DNA of 64,000 bases from Candidatus Brocadiia bacterium (GTDB taxonomy: Bacteria; Planctomycetota; Brocadiia; SM23-32), in contig JBKHIT010000002.1 in the NCBI GenBank assembly GCA_046538485.1, positions 1-64,000 on the forward strand, read 5' to 3'. Position 1 is the first letter of the stretch. Every line of letters starts with the position of its first letter. The position numbers and the translations under genes were made by a program. The notes under the pieces are model-generated. The model made no database searches, was not told where the DNA came from, and saw only the letters and a list, made by a program, of their open reading frames with translations. Below, in pieces: positions 27,918 through 38,691 of this stretch.

Positions 27918-28226
27918 GAAAACGTCACAATCCAGCCGTCGATGCTACGAGTCGGGGGAACGTCGTGTATGAAAGGCATCCTGCAGCGTACAGTGTTTGT
28001 TCTTGGTGGGTCAGTGCTGTACCTCTGGGAGTATTCGCAAGAAGGAAGCGGAGGGCAGCGGTCGTGTGACTGTGACCCGGCAGAAGGTAGACAGTTGAGA
28101 GGAGAACCGTCTCGATGCCAGCAACCACAGATAAACACGGCTGGCGGGTCTTTGACCGTTGAACGGGGCTCGGTTAGATTAAATGTAGACAGAGACCGAG
28201 AACAGTCTGTTTTGAGAAGGGTGATA

Positions 28227-30701
28227 ATGGCACAGAAGAAAACGCGGACCTGGCCGGGTCTGATCCGTCGAGTGGCCCAGAGTGTGGCTTTTTTGTTGTT
28301 TCTGATTTTTGTCGTCACCGCTCCCGTGATTCTTGCGGGCGGGAACCGCTGGGGTTTTATGCGACTGAGTCCGCTGAGCGGAGCCGGTGCGAGTCTTTCG
28401 GTCTGGCGAGTTGTTTTCGCTTTCTGGCCTGCAGCTGTGTTGTTAGTAGCGGCTATCTTCCTGGGCCGCTACTTTTGTGGCTGGATTTGCCCTCTCGGGA
28501 CAACGTTGGATTTGTGGGACTTGATTATTGCACCGTTTCGTTCCACAGAACAGGATGACGAAGGGGGCGATGAGCACGACAATGACGACTTCAAAGCGTT
28601 GCGATCCCGGCGGCTGAAATATTATATCCTCGTGGTTTGCGGCACGACAGCGATCTTCGGTCTTTCCCTGTTTGGGCTTTTTGACCCCCTGAGTATTGCC
28701 GTGCGAAGCTACGTTCTTGTCGTGCATCCGTATCTGGCCAGGATGTTGACAGGGTTTTTTGGCTTTATGGAAAGCGTGCCGTTGATCGGCCATTTGGCGG
28801 CGACAATCTCCGACCGGTTCGAGGTGGTGCTACAGACATCAAGTGGGTTCATTTTCAAGGTGCAGCTGGCAAGCGCCCTAATATTTTTTGCGATTTTGGC
28901 ATTGAATTTTTTAGCTCGCCGTTTTTGGTGTCGATCCCTTTGTCCACTGGGAGCGCTTTATGCTCTGGTGGGACAGCGGTCCTTGACAGCACGAAAAGTG
29001 ACCGATGATTGTATCAGTTGCGGCCGTTGTGTGAATGCATGCCCGATGGATTGCATTTCTCCGGATGGCAAAAAAACACTCGGAGGAGAATGCATACTTT
29101 GTCTCAAATGTCAGGAAGTATGCCCGGTAGGCGCTGTGCGGTTCATCGGAGCTGAACGGGATCAGGAGGTTGACGTCAATCTGAGTCGAAGGGGAGCGCT
29201 GGCGTCGCTGGGAGTAGCTGCCGCGGCCTTTCCGGCTGCCCAAATAACGTCTTTTAAAAAACAGACGAAGGGTGGAGATTTTATTCGTCCCCCGCTGGCC
29301 GGACGGGATCCGGAAGAGTTTCTCCGGGAGTGTCTGCGGTGCGGGCAGTGCATGCGGGTTTGTCCAACACGAGCCATCCACCCGATTGGCTTAAAAGGCG
29401 GTCTGGAATCGCTGTGGACCCCTCAGATTATACCTCGTCTTGGCTATTGCCAGTACAACTGCAATGCGTGCGGCCGCGCCTGTCCCTCGGGGGCCATTCC
29501 GGAGTTCACCCTGGAGGAGAAGCACACGACGGCATTGGGATTGGCGTATGTCGACCGAACCCGTTGTATCCCCTGGCGGGGTTACCAGCGCCGCGATGAG
29601 GAGGGCGTCGACTGGGACGAACACAACTGCGGAGTGTGTGAAGAGGTGTGTCCGGTGCCGGGGAAAGCCATTCATTTTTTGCGAAAAGAGATGCCAAACG
29701 GTCAGGAATTGCGGCGGCCTTATGTGCGGTCGGAAGCCTGTATCGGCTGCGGTTTCTGTGAGCACGTCTGTCCGTTGCAGGGTGAGGCTGCGATTCGCGT
29801 TACGGGTGGGTTTCGCGAGTTGCCGAAAGAGGACGTGACAAAAAATGGGGGCGAGTCTCTATCGAAACTTTTTCCAGACGAGCTGGCCGGGATGAAACGT
29901 GTGAGACCGCCGCGAGTATATCGCACACCATCTGAGATGTTCAGCTGGATCAACGGTGCAGCGGAGCCGTATATGAAATACCGTTTCATGGCAGCGGGCA
30001 TGGCTCAATACAGCGATCAGAAAGCGAAACTTGAGGTACAACTCTGGCAATTTGAAGACCCGGCGGATGCTTTCGGGGCGTACAGTATGGACAGGGGACT
30101 GGATGCACGACGTGTGGATATTGGCGACGAAGGAGCGGTTGCAGAGGGCCCTGCGGTTTGGGCGCGGCGAGGACCTTACTACGTGAAGATGTTGCCGATG
30201 GGCGGGGGAATTGCTGAGGAGAATGTGGTCGAGGCGGCGAAGGAAATGTTGGTTGCCACGGGCGCCGACCCGTCGGACCGACCTGCGATATGCAACCGGC
30301 TACCAGAAAAAAATCTCAACGAGCACCGCGTTCGTTTCTTGCGACATTCGATGCATATGCAGGATCTCTTTCTCCCGCAGCCTGTTTTGGATAGTGTCGA
30401 TTTACAGAATGCTTCAGGGGCGGCCTACGGGGTCTATAGCAGTCAAGATGATGGGCGCGAAAGGGGACTTTTGCTGATTCGTTTCCCGAAGGGTAAGCAG
30501 GCGCGTGAGACTTTACTGGCTCTGGAGGAGAATTGCGACAAGAAAGGGAATTCTCTGGGCAAGCACCGAGGTGTAACGGCATGTCGATTAGGAGATTCTT
30601 TCGTCGGGTTTGGCAGGAATGAAGGGGAGATGGCTGTATCCCTGTATTTTCCTGAAGCTACAGAGGCGAGAAAACTCGTGTCAACGGTCTTAGGTAAGTG
30701 A
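28227..30701 (+). CDS. Membrane-bound polyferredoxin (NapH/MauN plus NapG/MauM-like) with an extra C-terminal domain
   Basis: GRYFCGWICPLG, RFWCRSLCPLG, about six CxxCxxCxxxCP clusters and IRPP, followed by ~290 aa with WINGAAE and AFGAYS (DUF6599-like). Start placed at the ATG at 28227. Confidence 0.85.
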   Translation: MAQKKTRTWPGLIRRVAQSVAFLLFLIFVVTAPVILAGGNRWGFMRLSPLSGAGASLSVWRVVFAFWPAAVLLVAAIFLGRYFCGWICPLGTTLDLWDLIIAPFRSTEQDDEGGDEHDNDDFKALRSRRLKYYILVVCGTTAIFGLSLFGLFDPLSIAVRSYVLVVHPYLARMLTGFFGFMESVPLIGHLAATISDRFEVVLQTSSGFIFKVQLASALIFFAILALNFLARRFWCRSLCPLGALYALVGQRSLTARKVTDDCISCGRCVNACPMDCISPDGKKTLGGECILCLKCQEVCPVGAVRFIGAERDQEVDVNLSRRGALASLGVAAAAFPAAQITSFKKQTKGGDFIRPPLAGRDPEEFLRECLRCGQCMRVCPTRAIHPIGLKGGLESLWTPQIIPRLGYCQYNCNACGRACPSGAIPEFTLEEKHTTALGLAYVDRTRCIPWRGYQRRDEEGVDWDEHNCGVCEEVCPVPGKAIHFLRKEMPNGQELRRPYVRSEACIGCGFCEHVCPLQGEAAIRVTGGFRELPKEDVTKNGGESLSKLFPDELAGMKRVRPPRVYRTPSEMFSWINGAAEPYMKYRFMAAGMAQYSDQKAKLEVQLWQFEDPADAFGAYSMDRGLDARRVDIGDEGAVAEGPAVWARRGPYYVKMLPMGGGIAEENVVEAAKEMLVATGADPSDRPAICNRLPEKNLNEHRVRFLRHSMHMQDLFLPQPVLDSVDLQNASGAAYGVYSSQDDGRERGLLLIRFPKGKQARETLLALEENCDKKGNSLGKHRGVTACRLGDSFVGFGRNEGEMAVSLYFPEATEARKLVSTVLGK

Positions 30702-30704
30702 GGT

Positions 30705-32852
30705 TTAATCCCTGAGTTTCTTGATGCGGGCCAGGCCGTCGGCGGCGTCCTGGACTGCGGGTGATTCCTTCCAGTTTCGCAGCACAGCTTTAAAATGTTT
30801 TTCGGCCCGGTCCAGCTCACCGTTTTCTATGTAAGATTCGCCGCTCAGAACATGAATTCTGGGGATAAAGTCTGGATCGACTGCATAACTCAGATAGGTA
30901 TGTCCTCTCCGGGCAGCTTTTTCGTATTTTCCTTCGACCATCAGCGCTTTGAGCTTGAGTTGAACCGGATACCCATCCAGACGTTTGCTCGGCCTGTGCC
31001 AGAGCCATTCATCCAGTGTTTTAAGGGCCCGGTCTGCTTTCCCTTGATTGAGAAAAGCTTCAACTTCATGGACGTAATGGCCTTCGGCAATATTCGATGG
31101 GATATCGGTGCTGAAACTCGTATCTGTTTCGGCTTCCCTGTAGAGTTTCTGCGCCTCGTCGAGTTTGCCGCGGTTTCTCTGAATATCTCCGAGGCGGATT
31201 AAAGCCATGCGACGACGGCGGGGATCAGTTGCGGGGTACTTGTGGCGCAGTTCTTTGAACGTCCGTTCAGCTTTTCCCAGATTCCTGAAACCGGAAAAAT
31301 ACAACTCGGCCAGATGATAAAGGGCGTCGAACTGACGTTCCAGGTCTTGTTCGGGTGCTTTATTGAGGGCGAGATCGAAGTACTTCTTTGTGAGATCCCA
31401 TTTTTCCTGCCGTTGATAACCTTTTCCGAGATCCATTGCTACTTCATGGATTTGGACTGGTGTCAGGTCGGTCCGTCTGCGATCCAGCTCCTGGCAAACG
31501 TCGAATATTTTGCCCCGTTTCTCAATGTCCCGGAGGAATTTCTGGAAGGCCAGAAGATCGTCGGTATGCATGTTTTTGGGGTCATAGTCCTTTGTCCATT
31601 TCCAGAAGTTGTCTTTTTTCTTGAGTGAAAAATACAGGTCATTGCGGATAGGTTCGACAGGGAGGGAGAGCTCGAAGGTATCACTGCGGGCAATATTTGA
31701 TAGCACGTTGAATTTGACTTCGTATGTATCGAGTGTCAAATAGACGTGTGTAATATTGGTTTTGTTGGCTGTGATTCCGTCACCGAAGTCCCACTTGTAG
31801 CTTTTGACGGTTCCTCTCCGAAGGCTGCTTTGCGACGTGAATTTTACAGCTACCATTCGGGCTCCTCCGCTTTCGAGGTAGCTAACCGGGCGGGCGCGAA
31901 AATCAGCACAAACGGGATTCTTAATGCTTTGACAAATGGCTTCTGTAGCCGCCGGGACAGGAATAATGTGCTTGGGTGACAGGCGCCGGTAGCGGTATCC
32001 CATTGGCCCTCCTTCAACAACGGGTTGTTTCTCGGTTCCGGGTAAAACCCAATATAGAGCGCAAGGTTTCGCATGCCCGCGGATGAAAGCCACATAGCGT
32101 ATATGATGGGGACCGGAATCGAGGCGAATAGGGGCTCCGTGTTGCCCTTTGCGCGCATAAGGATTTTTCTTTTTAGGCGGCCATTGCGAAATCAACTGTC
32201 CATCGACATGGAGATAAGAGGGGTCCTGACTGATGGCTACAAAGTGATACTCACCTGATTTCGGACAGTTTATATAACCGTCGTAGATAATAATATAATT
32301 GCTTTGAGGTCCAAAAGGGTTGTAAGCATCGTTGAAATGATGCCAGAAATCTTTGCCATAGACTTTTGTTCCTTCACGAAGCGTTTGAGATGCCTGTTTC
32401 CATGTCCCAAACGTTGCAGCTTTCGGCAGAGCGCGCGTTTCGAGGGTAAGTCCTGCACGGAAATTATACTTGCTTGCAGTACGGGCTGAGCGGTTTCCGA
32501 AATATACGGAATAAAGAGTTGTCTTTTCTTTTTTTTCCTTTTTGCCGGAACTTTTTTCCCCAAAAACCACAAGATGCCGAACGTTCTGCTCGGAATGAAG
32601 TATCGTATGGGGGACTCCTTTCCCGTCCCGGTCTGTCACCCGGATATCCTGCCCTCGAGGCCTGGCTCTTTTCCCGGTGAATAACCAGATTCGGTAGGGT
32701 CCGCCTTTGTTGGGGACCCGGACGAGTTTGCGATAGGCCCATGATTTATCCACCCATTTTGTCTGACCGTATACATGTGGCAATATGGCCACGGACACAA
32801 AAAAAAGCGCAAAAATACTGAGAGGGGTGAGGCCTTTACCTTTTGTTTTCAT
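30705..32852 (-). CDS. Secreted TPR + PKD + PA14-like domain protein
   Basis: Signal peptide, WVDKSWAYRK N-terminus, YDGYINCPKSGEYHF (PA14-like), YKWDFGDG (PKD) and C-terminal TPR-like helices. Confidence 0.8.
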   Translation of the reverse strand: MKTKGKGLTPLSIFALFFVSVAILPHVYGQTKWVDKSWAYRKLVRVPNKGGPYRIWLFTGKRARPRGQDIRVTDRDGKGVPHTILHSEQNVRHLVVFGEKSSGKKEKKEKTTLYSVYFGNRSARTASKYNFRAGLTLETRALPKAATFGTWKQASQTLREGTKVYGKDFWHHFNDAYNPFGPQSNYIIIYDGYINCPKSGEYHFVAISQDPSYLHVDGQLISQWPPKKKNPYARKGQHGAPIRLDSGPHHIRYVAFIRGHAKPCALYWVLPGTEKQPVVEGGPMGYRYRRLSPKHIIPVPAATEAICQSIKNPVCADFRARPVSYLESGGARMVAVKFTSQSSLRRGTVKSYKWDFGDGITANKTNITHVYLTLDTYEVKFNVLSNIARSDTFELSLPVEPIRNDLYFSLKKKDNFWKWTKDYDPKNMHTDDLLAFQKFLRDIEKRGKIFDVCQELDRRRTDLTPVQIHEVAMDLGKGYQRQEKWDLTKKYFDLALNKAPEQDLERQFDALYHLAELYFSGFRNLGKAERTFKELRHKYPATDPRRRRMALIRLGDIQRNRGKLDEAQKLYREAETDTSFSTDIPSNIAEGHYVHEVEAFLNQGKADRALKTLDEWLWHRPSKRLDGYPVQLKLKALMVEGKYEKAARRGHTYLSYAVDPDFIPRIHVLSGESYIENGELDRAEKHFKAVLRNWKESPAVQDAADGLARIKKLRD

Positions 32853-32921
32853 GGTATGACATTTCAACAAAGCGAGGGGGCGCGCACATTTGCTGGATAA
32901 TCTGCCCACCCGGGGAAATTT

Positions 32922-34049
32922 TTAGAAAACGGGAAAATCGTCTTCCATACGTTTTGGGCTTTCCCGTTCTACTTCTATTTTTTTATGTTTGCTGAAGTTG
33001 TCGAACTCTTCTTTTTCAAAGCCAATGATTTCGAGTCTAACGTTGTCCCAGTAGTAGACGCCGACGGGCCAATACGAGTAAAGCTGGACTTGAATCCATT
33101 GCGGCTCGAGTCGTTTGCCCTCGACGGTTGATCGTGATTTTGCGGGGTGGAGAATTCGGGAGAAACGTTTCCATTTCCGCCCCAGTCCGTGCAGTCCCAT
33201 AGGTGCTCGGTAAGCATTTCTTTTGATGACCTGGATGCCTTCAGTGGTTTTCATCTTCTGGTCGATGAACCCTTTTACAAAAACTTTTGCTCCTCCCTGT
33301 TGTTTGACGCGGGCATCGACAGTTACTCGATAAATAGCTCCTTTTCGGTGCCGGATAAAGGGACCTTTGTAATGAATACCGTGGAGTCCCCCAACAGCAT
33401 CGTAGTGGGGGGGAGAAGTAAATTGAGGTTTCGGAGGATCAGGAAGCGGACATTTTTTGAGCACAAATTGCGCACGCCAGTTTAAGCGTTCTTGCAATTT
33501 TCGGATATTGGTAATGATTTTACCGTTGAAAGGCAACCATTGTTTCTCGGAGATTCGGGTATCCATCTTTATGCATCTTTTGCCGTGGGAACCCCCTTTG
33601 ACCCAGAAACTCCCCAATCTGTCGACCGGTTCCCATTTGTAAGGCCACCAGCGTCCTTTTTCGAAACTGTGATTAGCAATGAGATTTTTACTGATGGGTT
33701 TGAAACGCAAAGCAGCGACAGAACGGGGCATTTTGCGAAAATTTTTCGAACCGCAATTGGGGCACTTGTATTTTCCACTTGCAAGTTTTGCGTCGCTTTC
33801 TTTGCTCATCTGTTTTGTGGTTCGGATTTCACCACAATCCTGACAGACCCACATTGTTTGACCGCGCGCGACAGGGATATTTTGTTCTGGCAGCTGCGGG
33901 AGCCATTGAGGCTTAACCACCTTGAACTCATCCTTATTTTTTTCTCCCGCATCAGTGTTTTTCTTTTTTTCAGCTTCAGCGGCGAGCACTGTAGCTGCCA
34001 TGGCAAGCAACAGGAAAACGAACACGCTATAATTGACTTTATGAATCAT
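32922..34049 (-). CDS. Secreted hypothetical protein with a Zn-ribbon and a CBM-like domain
   Basis: Signal peptide, CQDCG...CPNCG, and NLIANHSFE...YWDNV typical of CBM4/9-like beta-sandwiches. Confidence 0.7.
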   Translation of the reverse strand: MIHKVNYSVFVFLLLAMAATVLAAEAEKKKNTDAGEKNKDEFKVVKPQWLPQLPEQNIPVARGQTMWVCQDCGEIRTTKQMSKESDAKLASGKYKCPNCGSKNFRKMPRSVAALRFKPISKNLIANHSFEKGRWWPYKWEPVDRLGSFWVKGGSHGKRCIKMDTRISEKQWLPFNGKIITNIRKLQERLNWRAQFVLKKCPLPDPPKPQFTSPPHYDAVGGLHGIHYKGPFIRHRKGAIYRVTVDARVKQQGGAKVFVKGFIDQKMKTTEGIQVIKRNAYRAPMGLHGLGRKWKRFSRILHPAKSRSTVEGKRLEPQWIQVQLYSYWPVGVYYWDNVRLEIIGFEKEEFDNFSKHKKIEVERESPKRMEDDFPVF

Positions 34050-34061
34050 GTCAGCCTCCCT

Positions 34062-37000
34062 TTATTTTGCCGCATTCTCTGCTAATGAACGGAAATAATT
34101 ATCGACGAGCGGCTTGTACTCCCGGGGAACTTCGTCCCGTTCCGACGAGGCAATCTCGTCGCGAATTTCTTCAGGAATCAAAGCCGAACGATCACGTCGC
34201 AGCTGTTTTTGCTTTTGCATAAGCCCCTTCGTCTCGGCCAGCCCTTTCAGAAGGACACGGCGTTTTTTGGACGCATTGGGAATATGTTCTCCCAACTCCA
34301 TATCTTCGTGGAGCTGTTTCATAAGGCCAATACTATCAGTGAGTTTGCCGGTTGGGTAATGGCGTTTCTCAAGTTCCCTTTTCAGACGCTGGGCCTTGTC
34401 GATAAGCTGTTTTTGTTGCCGGGCCATTCGTTTCATTTTTTTAGCCTGAGGTGGGGCCTGGCCCTGAAAACCCTTTCGACCCCAGCCGCTGGCCTTCCCC
34501 CCGCCGGTGGCTCCAGTAGGAGGTTCGGGCGCAGTATCTTTCACGTGGCCGGCCTCGAAAGGATCGGGAGTTTTGCGGGTAGGTGTTTTACGACCGCCTT
34601 TCCCGGTTGCCGTATCTTCGACCATCTGGCCGCTCGACATCCCTGTGCGGCCTTCGCCGCTGCGGCCGCCGACGTTATTCTCATTGGGAAGCTTATTTCC
34701 TGTTACACCCTTAGCGCTCATATTGGCGAGCGGTCCGTCGGCGGTGTCCCAGCCAATGCCTTTATCCATACTTGAGAGACTGTTGGCGTTTGCATCTTCT
34801 GCTTCCTGGCTGAGTTCGTCTTCTTCGGCCATCAAGTCGCCAATAAGGTCCTCAAGTTGTTCGGGAAGATCCGTTACAGGAGCAGGCGTTTCTTTGTCCA
34901 TGGCTTCCATTTTCCAGCTTATGTTGTCTTTACCCTCTGTGAGCCATTTTTCGATATTTTCTTCGATTTTCTCCGAACCTCCTGCCGCGCTTTCCTCCAT
35001 CGAGCAGGCGATTTCCGTGGCTTTTTTCTTGAGAGCATCCGCAGCGGCCTGAACTTCGCTGTAGACTTCCATATGTTCTTTGGCCATGGAGGCAAGACCG
35101 AAATCCTGCTGAGGGAGATCGCTCAGATCATTGGCTTTTTTCTGGAAATAGTTGGCCCATTCCAGTTCTTTAGCAATGGCTTCTTTGAGTTTTTCTTCTT
35201 CTTCGTCCGTGAACTGATCGACCGCTTTGTCGGCCAGTTTACGGGTAAGTTTGGATATTTTGCGCTGGTCTTCCTGGAACTGCCGCAGTTTTTCCAACAT
35301 TTTTTCGGCCTGTTGTTTTTGATCGAGAAGGGGGTCTTCCTTGTCAGAAACATCTTCTTCCTGATCCTGCTCATCGAGCCGTTTGGCGAGAAGCCCCCGT
35401 GGATCCTCAAGGAGTTTTTCCAGCTGGGCTATAATAACCTTTTCAGTTTGAGCGGCTTTTTTCGCAGCCGGTGCAATTTCATCGTTTTGTTTTGCGTTAG
35501 ACAGCGTTTTAAGTTCTTCCACAGCGCGGGAGATTTCGCTCCTTACGATGGTTGCCAGACCTTCGACGAGATCCGATATGTCGCCTCCTTTTCCGGCGTT
35601 TTCACGGACGGCCCCGCTGCCCGTGGCATAAATCTCCTCCTGGGCTTTGACGAGACTCTGTGCGCGGACGTCGAACCTTTTCCTGGCGTCTTCTTCTTCG
35701 GCGATGTTGCCAAATCCAACGTCATTCCAATTGCCAAGTTTTTCAGTCCCTCCAAGGTTGCCTTTTTGCATTGCAATCATCTTTGAGATGATGCGCCGAA
35801 CAGCTTGCTTTTGCTTTTCGTTTTCCGAACTGGCAAGTTTGTCCGATAGAGCTTTAATTTCATACGTTCGACTTTTCCCGGTATTTTCACCTCGCCCCTC
35901 TCGACCATCGTGTGCGCGGAAAAAGTACCGATAGACCTCTCCAGGCTCGGCTTTCAACTCTTCCATACTGAGGACCGTGCCTTCACGCAATTCGGTTTTA
36001 TTCCCCTCGTATTTCCACCTTTTATACTCTTCCCATTCTCCCCCTGCGCCTTTTTGAACGTGCATCGTCAGTTTGCGCAAAGAGAAATCGTCTCTGACCT
36101 CAACCAGCATGGCAATTTTCTCTTTTACTCCCGCTGTTATATCCTTGCCCGGTTCAATGACCTTGGCGGCGGCTGGCTCATCGGGCAGTGCCTGAATCTG
36201 GCGGGTAACTGGTTCATTTGGGATGTTGTTTTCGTCGACGATCTTGATCCGATACTGCCCGCTGTGCCCGACCTGGAAACTGGCACTAACTATTTGGGGA
36301 CTTGGCGTCCTGAGTTTGACGCGTTCTTTTTTAGTTTCAGGTTCGGAACCGCCAGGTTTCCCCGGTACCAGGAAAAAGAGTTCGAGATCCCCTCCGGAGA
36401 GAGCACGGTTGGATTTTGCGCGGATTGTAATATGAGTTCCCGTCAGGACTTTAATATTGCCGGTTTTGCTGATTTCTGTTTTCTTGCCTACGCCGGTGTA
36501 ATCTGGATAGCGGTAAGTTATACTCAGCTCTTCGATTTTAGGCCGTTTCTGAACCGCCACATGGTATTTTTTACTTGTTGCATCACCCGCTTTTACCCAG
36601 TATTTGAAACCATGTTTTAGATTGACAAATTCGTATGCAAAATGCGTTTCCTGGTCCGTCATATTTCTGGCTTTTGCGCCATTTTTATCGCCTTCAAAAT
36701 CGTAATAGATCGTTGCACCGGCAGGGATCTGACCTTCGCAATGTGCTTCAATCAGAAGAGAATCGCCTTCCAGGCAGGTGGCACCTTCGGGTCGAACGGT
36801 AAGGCGTGTGTCAGTGACGGGGGCAACCTGTTTGTGCGGGGTGGCATAGCGTTTGACGGCATTTGTGAAATGTTGAGTGAAGGCCATGCCGTAGATAATG
36901 ACGAACGCGGCCAGTGTGATAACCCATTTTCCCCATTTCCACAACGGCCGGGGACTGGTCGATCCTTTCATATCGCACTGCCTGACCGCATCGACGGTTT

Positions 37001-37394
37001 CGTCCAGTTGTGATCGAACCATTCTCTGTGTAACAGGATCAGGTATACGTTCTTTGTGGAGGAGCACGGCATTGATCAAACGATTGTCCAGGTCTTCGTG
37101 TTTTTTTTCTACGTGGCGCGCAACCATTTCATCGGTAAGGGGACGTCGCATACTTTGCAGAAATTTGTAACCCAGCATGTAGCCGGCCAGTCCCAGAAAC
37201 GCTGCGGCGTAGGTCACACGGACAGCCTGGGGGAGATTCCAGATATTGTCAGCAACAAGACCGGCTACCAGGGCTAAAAGGACAAAAGTAAGTCCTCGCA
37301 AAACGGTGCTTCCGACGGCGATAGTCCGCCATACGCGCCGTGCCTGATTGAGACGTTGGCTCACCATCTGCATTCGACCATCGCGAATTGCCAT
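34062..37394 (-). CDS. DUF4175-like membrane protein with Ig-like and coiled-coil regions
   Basis: Three N-terminal transmembrane segments, LDNRLINA, YPDYTG, a long coiled coil, a Gly-rich segment and C-terminal VPREYKPLVDNYFRSL. Confidence 0.75.
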   Translation of the reverse strand: MAIRDGRMQMVSQRLNQARRVWRTIAVGSTVLRGLTFVLLALVAGLVADNIWNLPQAVRVTYAAAFLGLAGYMLGYKFLQSMRRPLTDEMVARHVEKKHEDLDNRLINAVLLHKERIPDPVTQRMVRSQLDETVDAVRQCDMKGSTSPRPLWKWGKWVITLAAFVIIYGMAFTQHFTNAVKRYATPHKQVAPVTDTRLTVRPEGATCLEGDSLLIEAHCEGQIPAGATIYYDFEGDKNGAKARNMTDQETHFAYEFVNLKHGFKYWVKAGDATSKKYHVAVQKRPKIEELSITYRYPDYTGVGKKTEISKTGNIKVLTGTHITIRAKSNRALSGGDLELFFLVPGKPGGSEPETKKERVKLRTPSPQIVSASFQVGHSGQYRIKIVDENNIPNEPVTRQIQALPDEPAAAKVIEPGKDITAGVKEKIAMLVEVRDDFSLRKLTMHVQKGAGGEWEEYKRWKYEGNKTELREGTVLSMEELKAEPGEVYRYFFRAHDGREGRGENTGKSRTYEIKALSDKLASSENEKQKQAVRRIISKMIAMQKGNLGGTEKLGNWNDVGFGNIAEEEDARKRFDVRAQSLVKAQEEIYATGSGAVRENAGKGGDISDLVEGLATIVRSEISRAVEELKTLSNAKQNDEIAPAAKKAAQTEKVIIAQLEKLLEDPRGLLAKRLDEQDQEEDVSDKEDPLLDQKQQAEKMLEKLRQFQEDQRKISKLTRKLADKAVDQFTDEEEEKLKEAIAKELEWANYFQKKANDLSDLPQQDFGLASMAKEHMEVYSEVQAAADALKKKATEIACSMEESAAGGSEKIEENIEKWLTEGKDNISWKMEAMDKETPAPVTDLPEQLEDLIGDLMAEEDELSQEAEDANANSLSSMDKGIGWDTADGPLANMSAKGVTGNKLPNENNVGGRSGEGRTGMSSGQMVEDTATGKGGRKTPTRKTPDPFEAGHVKDTAPEPPTGATGGGKASGWGRKGFQGQAPPQAKKMKRMARQQKQLIDKAQRLKRELEKRHYPTGKLTDSIGLMKQLHEDMELGEHIPNASKKRRVLLKGLAETKGLMQKQKQLRRDRSALIPEEIRDEIASSERDEVPREYKPLVDNYFRSLAENAAK

Positions 37395-37398
37395 TAAA

Positions 37399-38571
37399 TC
37401 ACTCCTTTGCTCGTGTCTTTACGGGAGCGGGCGGAATTGGTTTTTCGTTTGTTTGTCTCAGTTTAAGGGCAAGATCCAGATCGGGATTTTTTGCCGTGAT
37501 TTTATGTCCCCCCAGGTTCGGCGAAACAACCACTGTTTGCGGTGGGTCTTCCGCGCTGTCACAGAGTTTTCGCAGAATAAAATGGCGTTTGACGATCGTC
37601 CATTGATCCCCACGCCGTTTGAGATGCCAAATTTCATAGCGGCGCAGTTTCTCCACCCAGGCCCATTTTTTGGGATCCGAAAACTCGAGATTTCCCCTCC
37701 GGACCATCTGGACCAGCACAAAGCATTCTTCTTTGTTCCCGGCGCCGTAGATGGGTTTTTCGACTTCAAACACACTGCGGACATTTGATTTCCAGTTTTC
37801 AATGTGGTTCATGACTGCAGCATCCAGGCGGCTTGCGCCCTTATCTTTTTCATTGCTGAAATACCCGTAAATATGATCATTGGTCACAACGAACAGATCC
37901 TGAGTGCCACTCATGCACTCAGTGAGCTGGAATTGCCCACCGCGTTTTACGGCGCTCCTGATGGAAGTATCTGATTCGCGATGGAGCGCGATGATATGCA
38001 GCGCCACTTCATCGCCTTTTGTGTAGAGTGTGCCACGGATCGAACCGAGTGCTCCTGCGGCATCATCGGTGAAAGCAATCGATTTTGGATAAACCAAATT
38101 CTCCAGTTTTTCACCAACTTTCCCTTGCATTTTGCGCTTTATGGCCAGGCGTCTGCGGTTACCTTCCCGGTCTTCGAAAACGACCATTCGGGCCAGAGGG
38201 GGACCCTGAACCTTTTTGTCATTTCCAAAAGTTGCGCGCACTTGAAAACGCCTGATCGGGTAGACCTCGCCCGTGTAAACCTTCTCATCTCGCCCATCTT
38301 CACGGAAGATCCATTTTTTGTCCATATGTTGTTTTTCAATCACAACGTCGATGCGTTTCAGGGCTTTAACCGGGACGTTGTAGTAGCGGTCTTTACTATC
38401 AAGAAAAACCTTCATCTGGTTGTTGGTAATGTGGATTTTTCCAACAGCTTTTTGGCCGTTGCTGAATTCCACCGTCGCGGGGCGCCAGATTCGTTTTGGT
38501 TTTGCAAAGTTGACACTGACAAAAAAAGCGGAAAATAAGATTGCCAGCAGGGCCACAAGTTTTAGCCGCAT
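37399..38571 (-). CDS. Secreted hypothetical protein
   Basis: Signal peptide MRLKLVALLAILFSAFF; basic protein that lies within the operon. Confidence 0.75.
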   Translation of the reverse strand: MRLKLVALLAILFSAFFVSVNFAKPKRIWRPATVEFSNGQKAVGKIHITNNQMKVFLDSKDRYYNVPVKALKRIDVVIEKQHMDKKWIFREDGRDEKVYTGEVYPIRRFQVRATFGNDKKVQGPPLARMVVFEDREGNRRRLAIKRKMQGKVGEKLENLVYPKSIAFTDDAAGALGSIRGTLYTKGDEVALHIIALHRESDTSIRSAVKRGGQFQLTECMSGTQDLFVVTNDHIYGYFSNEKDKGASRLDAAVMNHIENWKSNVRSVFEVEKPIYGAGNKEECFVLVQMVRRGNLEFSDPKKWAWVEKLRRYEIWHLKRRGDQWTIVKRHFILRKLCDSAEDPPQTVVVSPNLGGHKITAKNPDLDLALKLRQTNEKPIPPAPVKTRAKE

Positions 38572-38691
38572 TTTTATATCCTTTTGCCTGGCGGGAATTT
38601 CGTAGAAACAGTGTACCATCGTTCCTTCCCCCTTCCTTGTTCTATTATACAGTCAATTTGCTTTAAGCCCAAAGGTTTTTCAAAATCTGCT

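Noticed and set aside
28030..28135. Resemblance to a SAM-I riboswitch (GCGGAGGG...CCCGGCA)
   Set aside because: The conserved AUC/GAU P1 and GUGC core elements cannot be placed, and the downstream gene is unrelated to sulfur metabolism.
27942..28226. 95-aa N-terminal extension of the polyferredoxin ORF
   Set aside because: It does not look protein-like; family similarity begins at MAQKK (28227), which has a plausible ribosome binding site.
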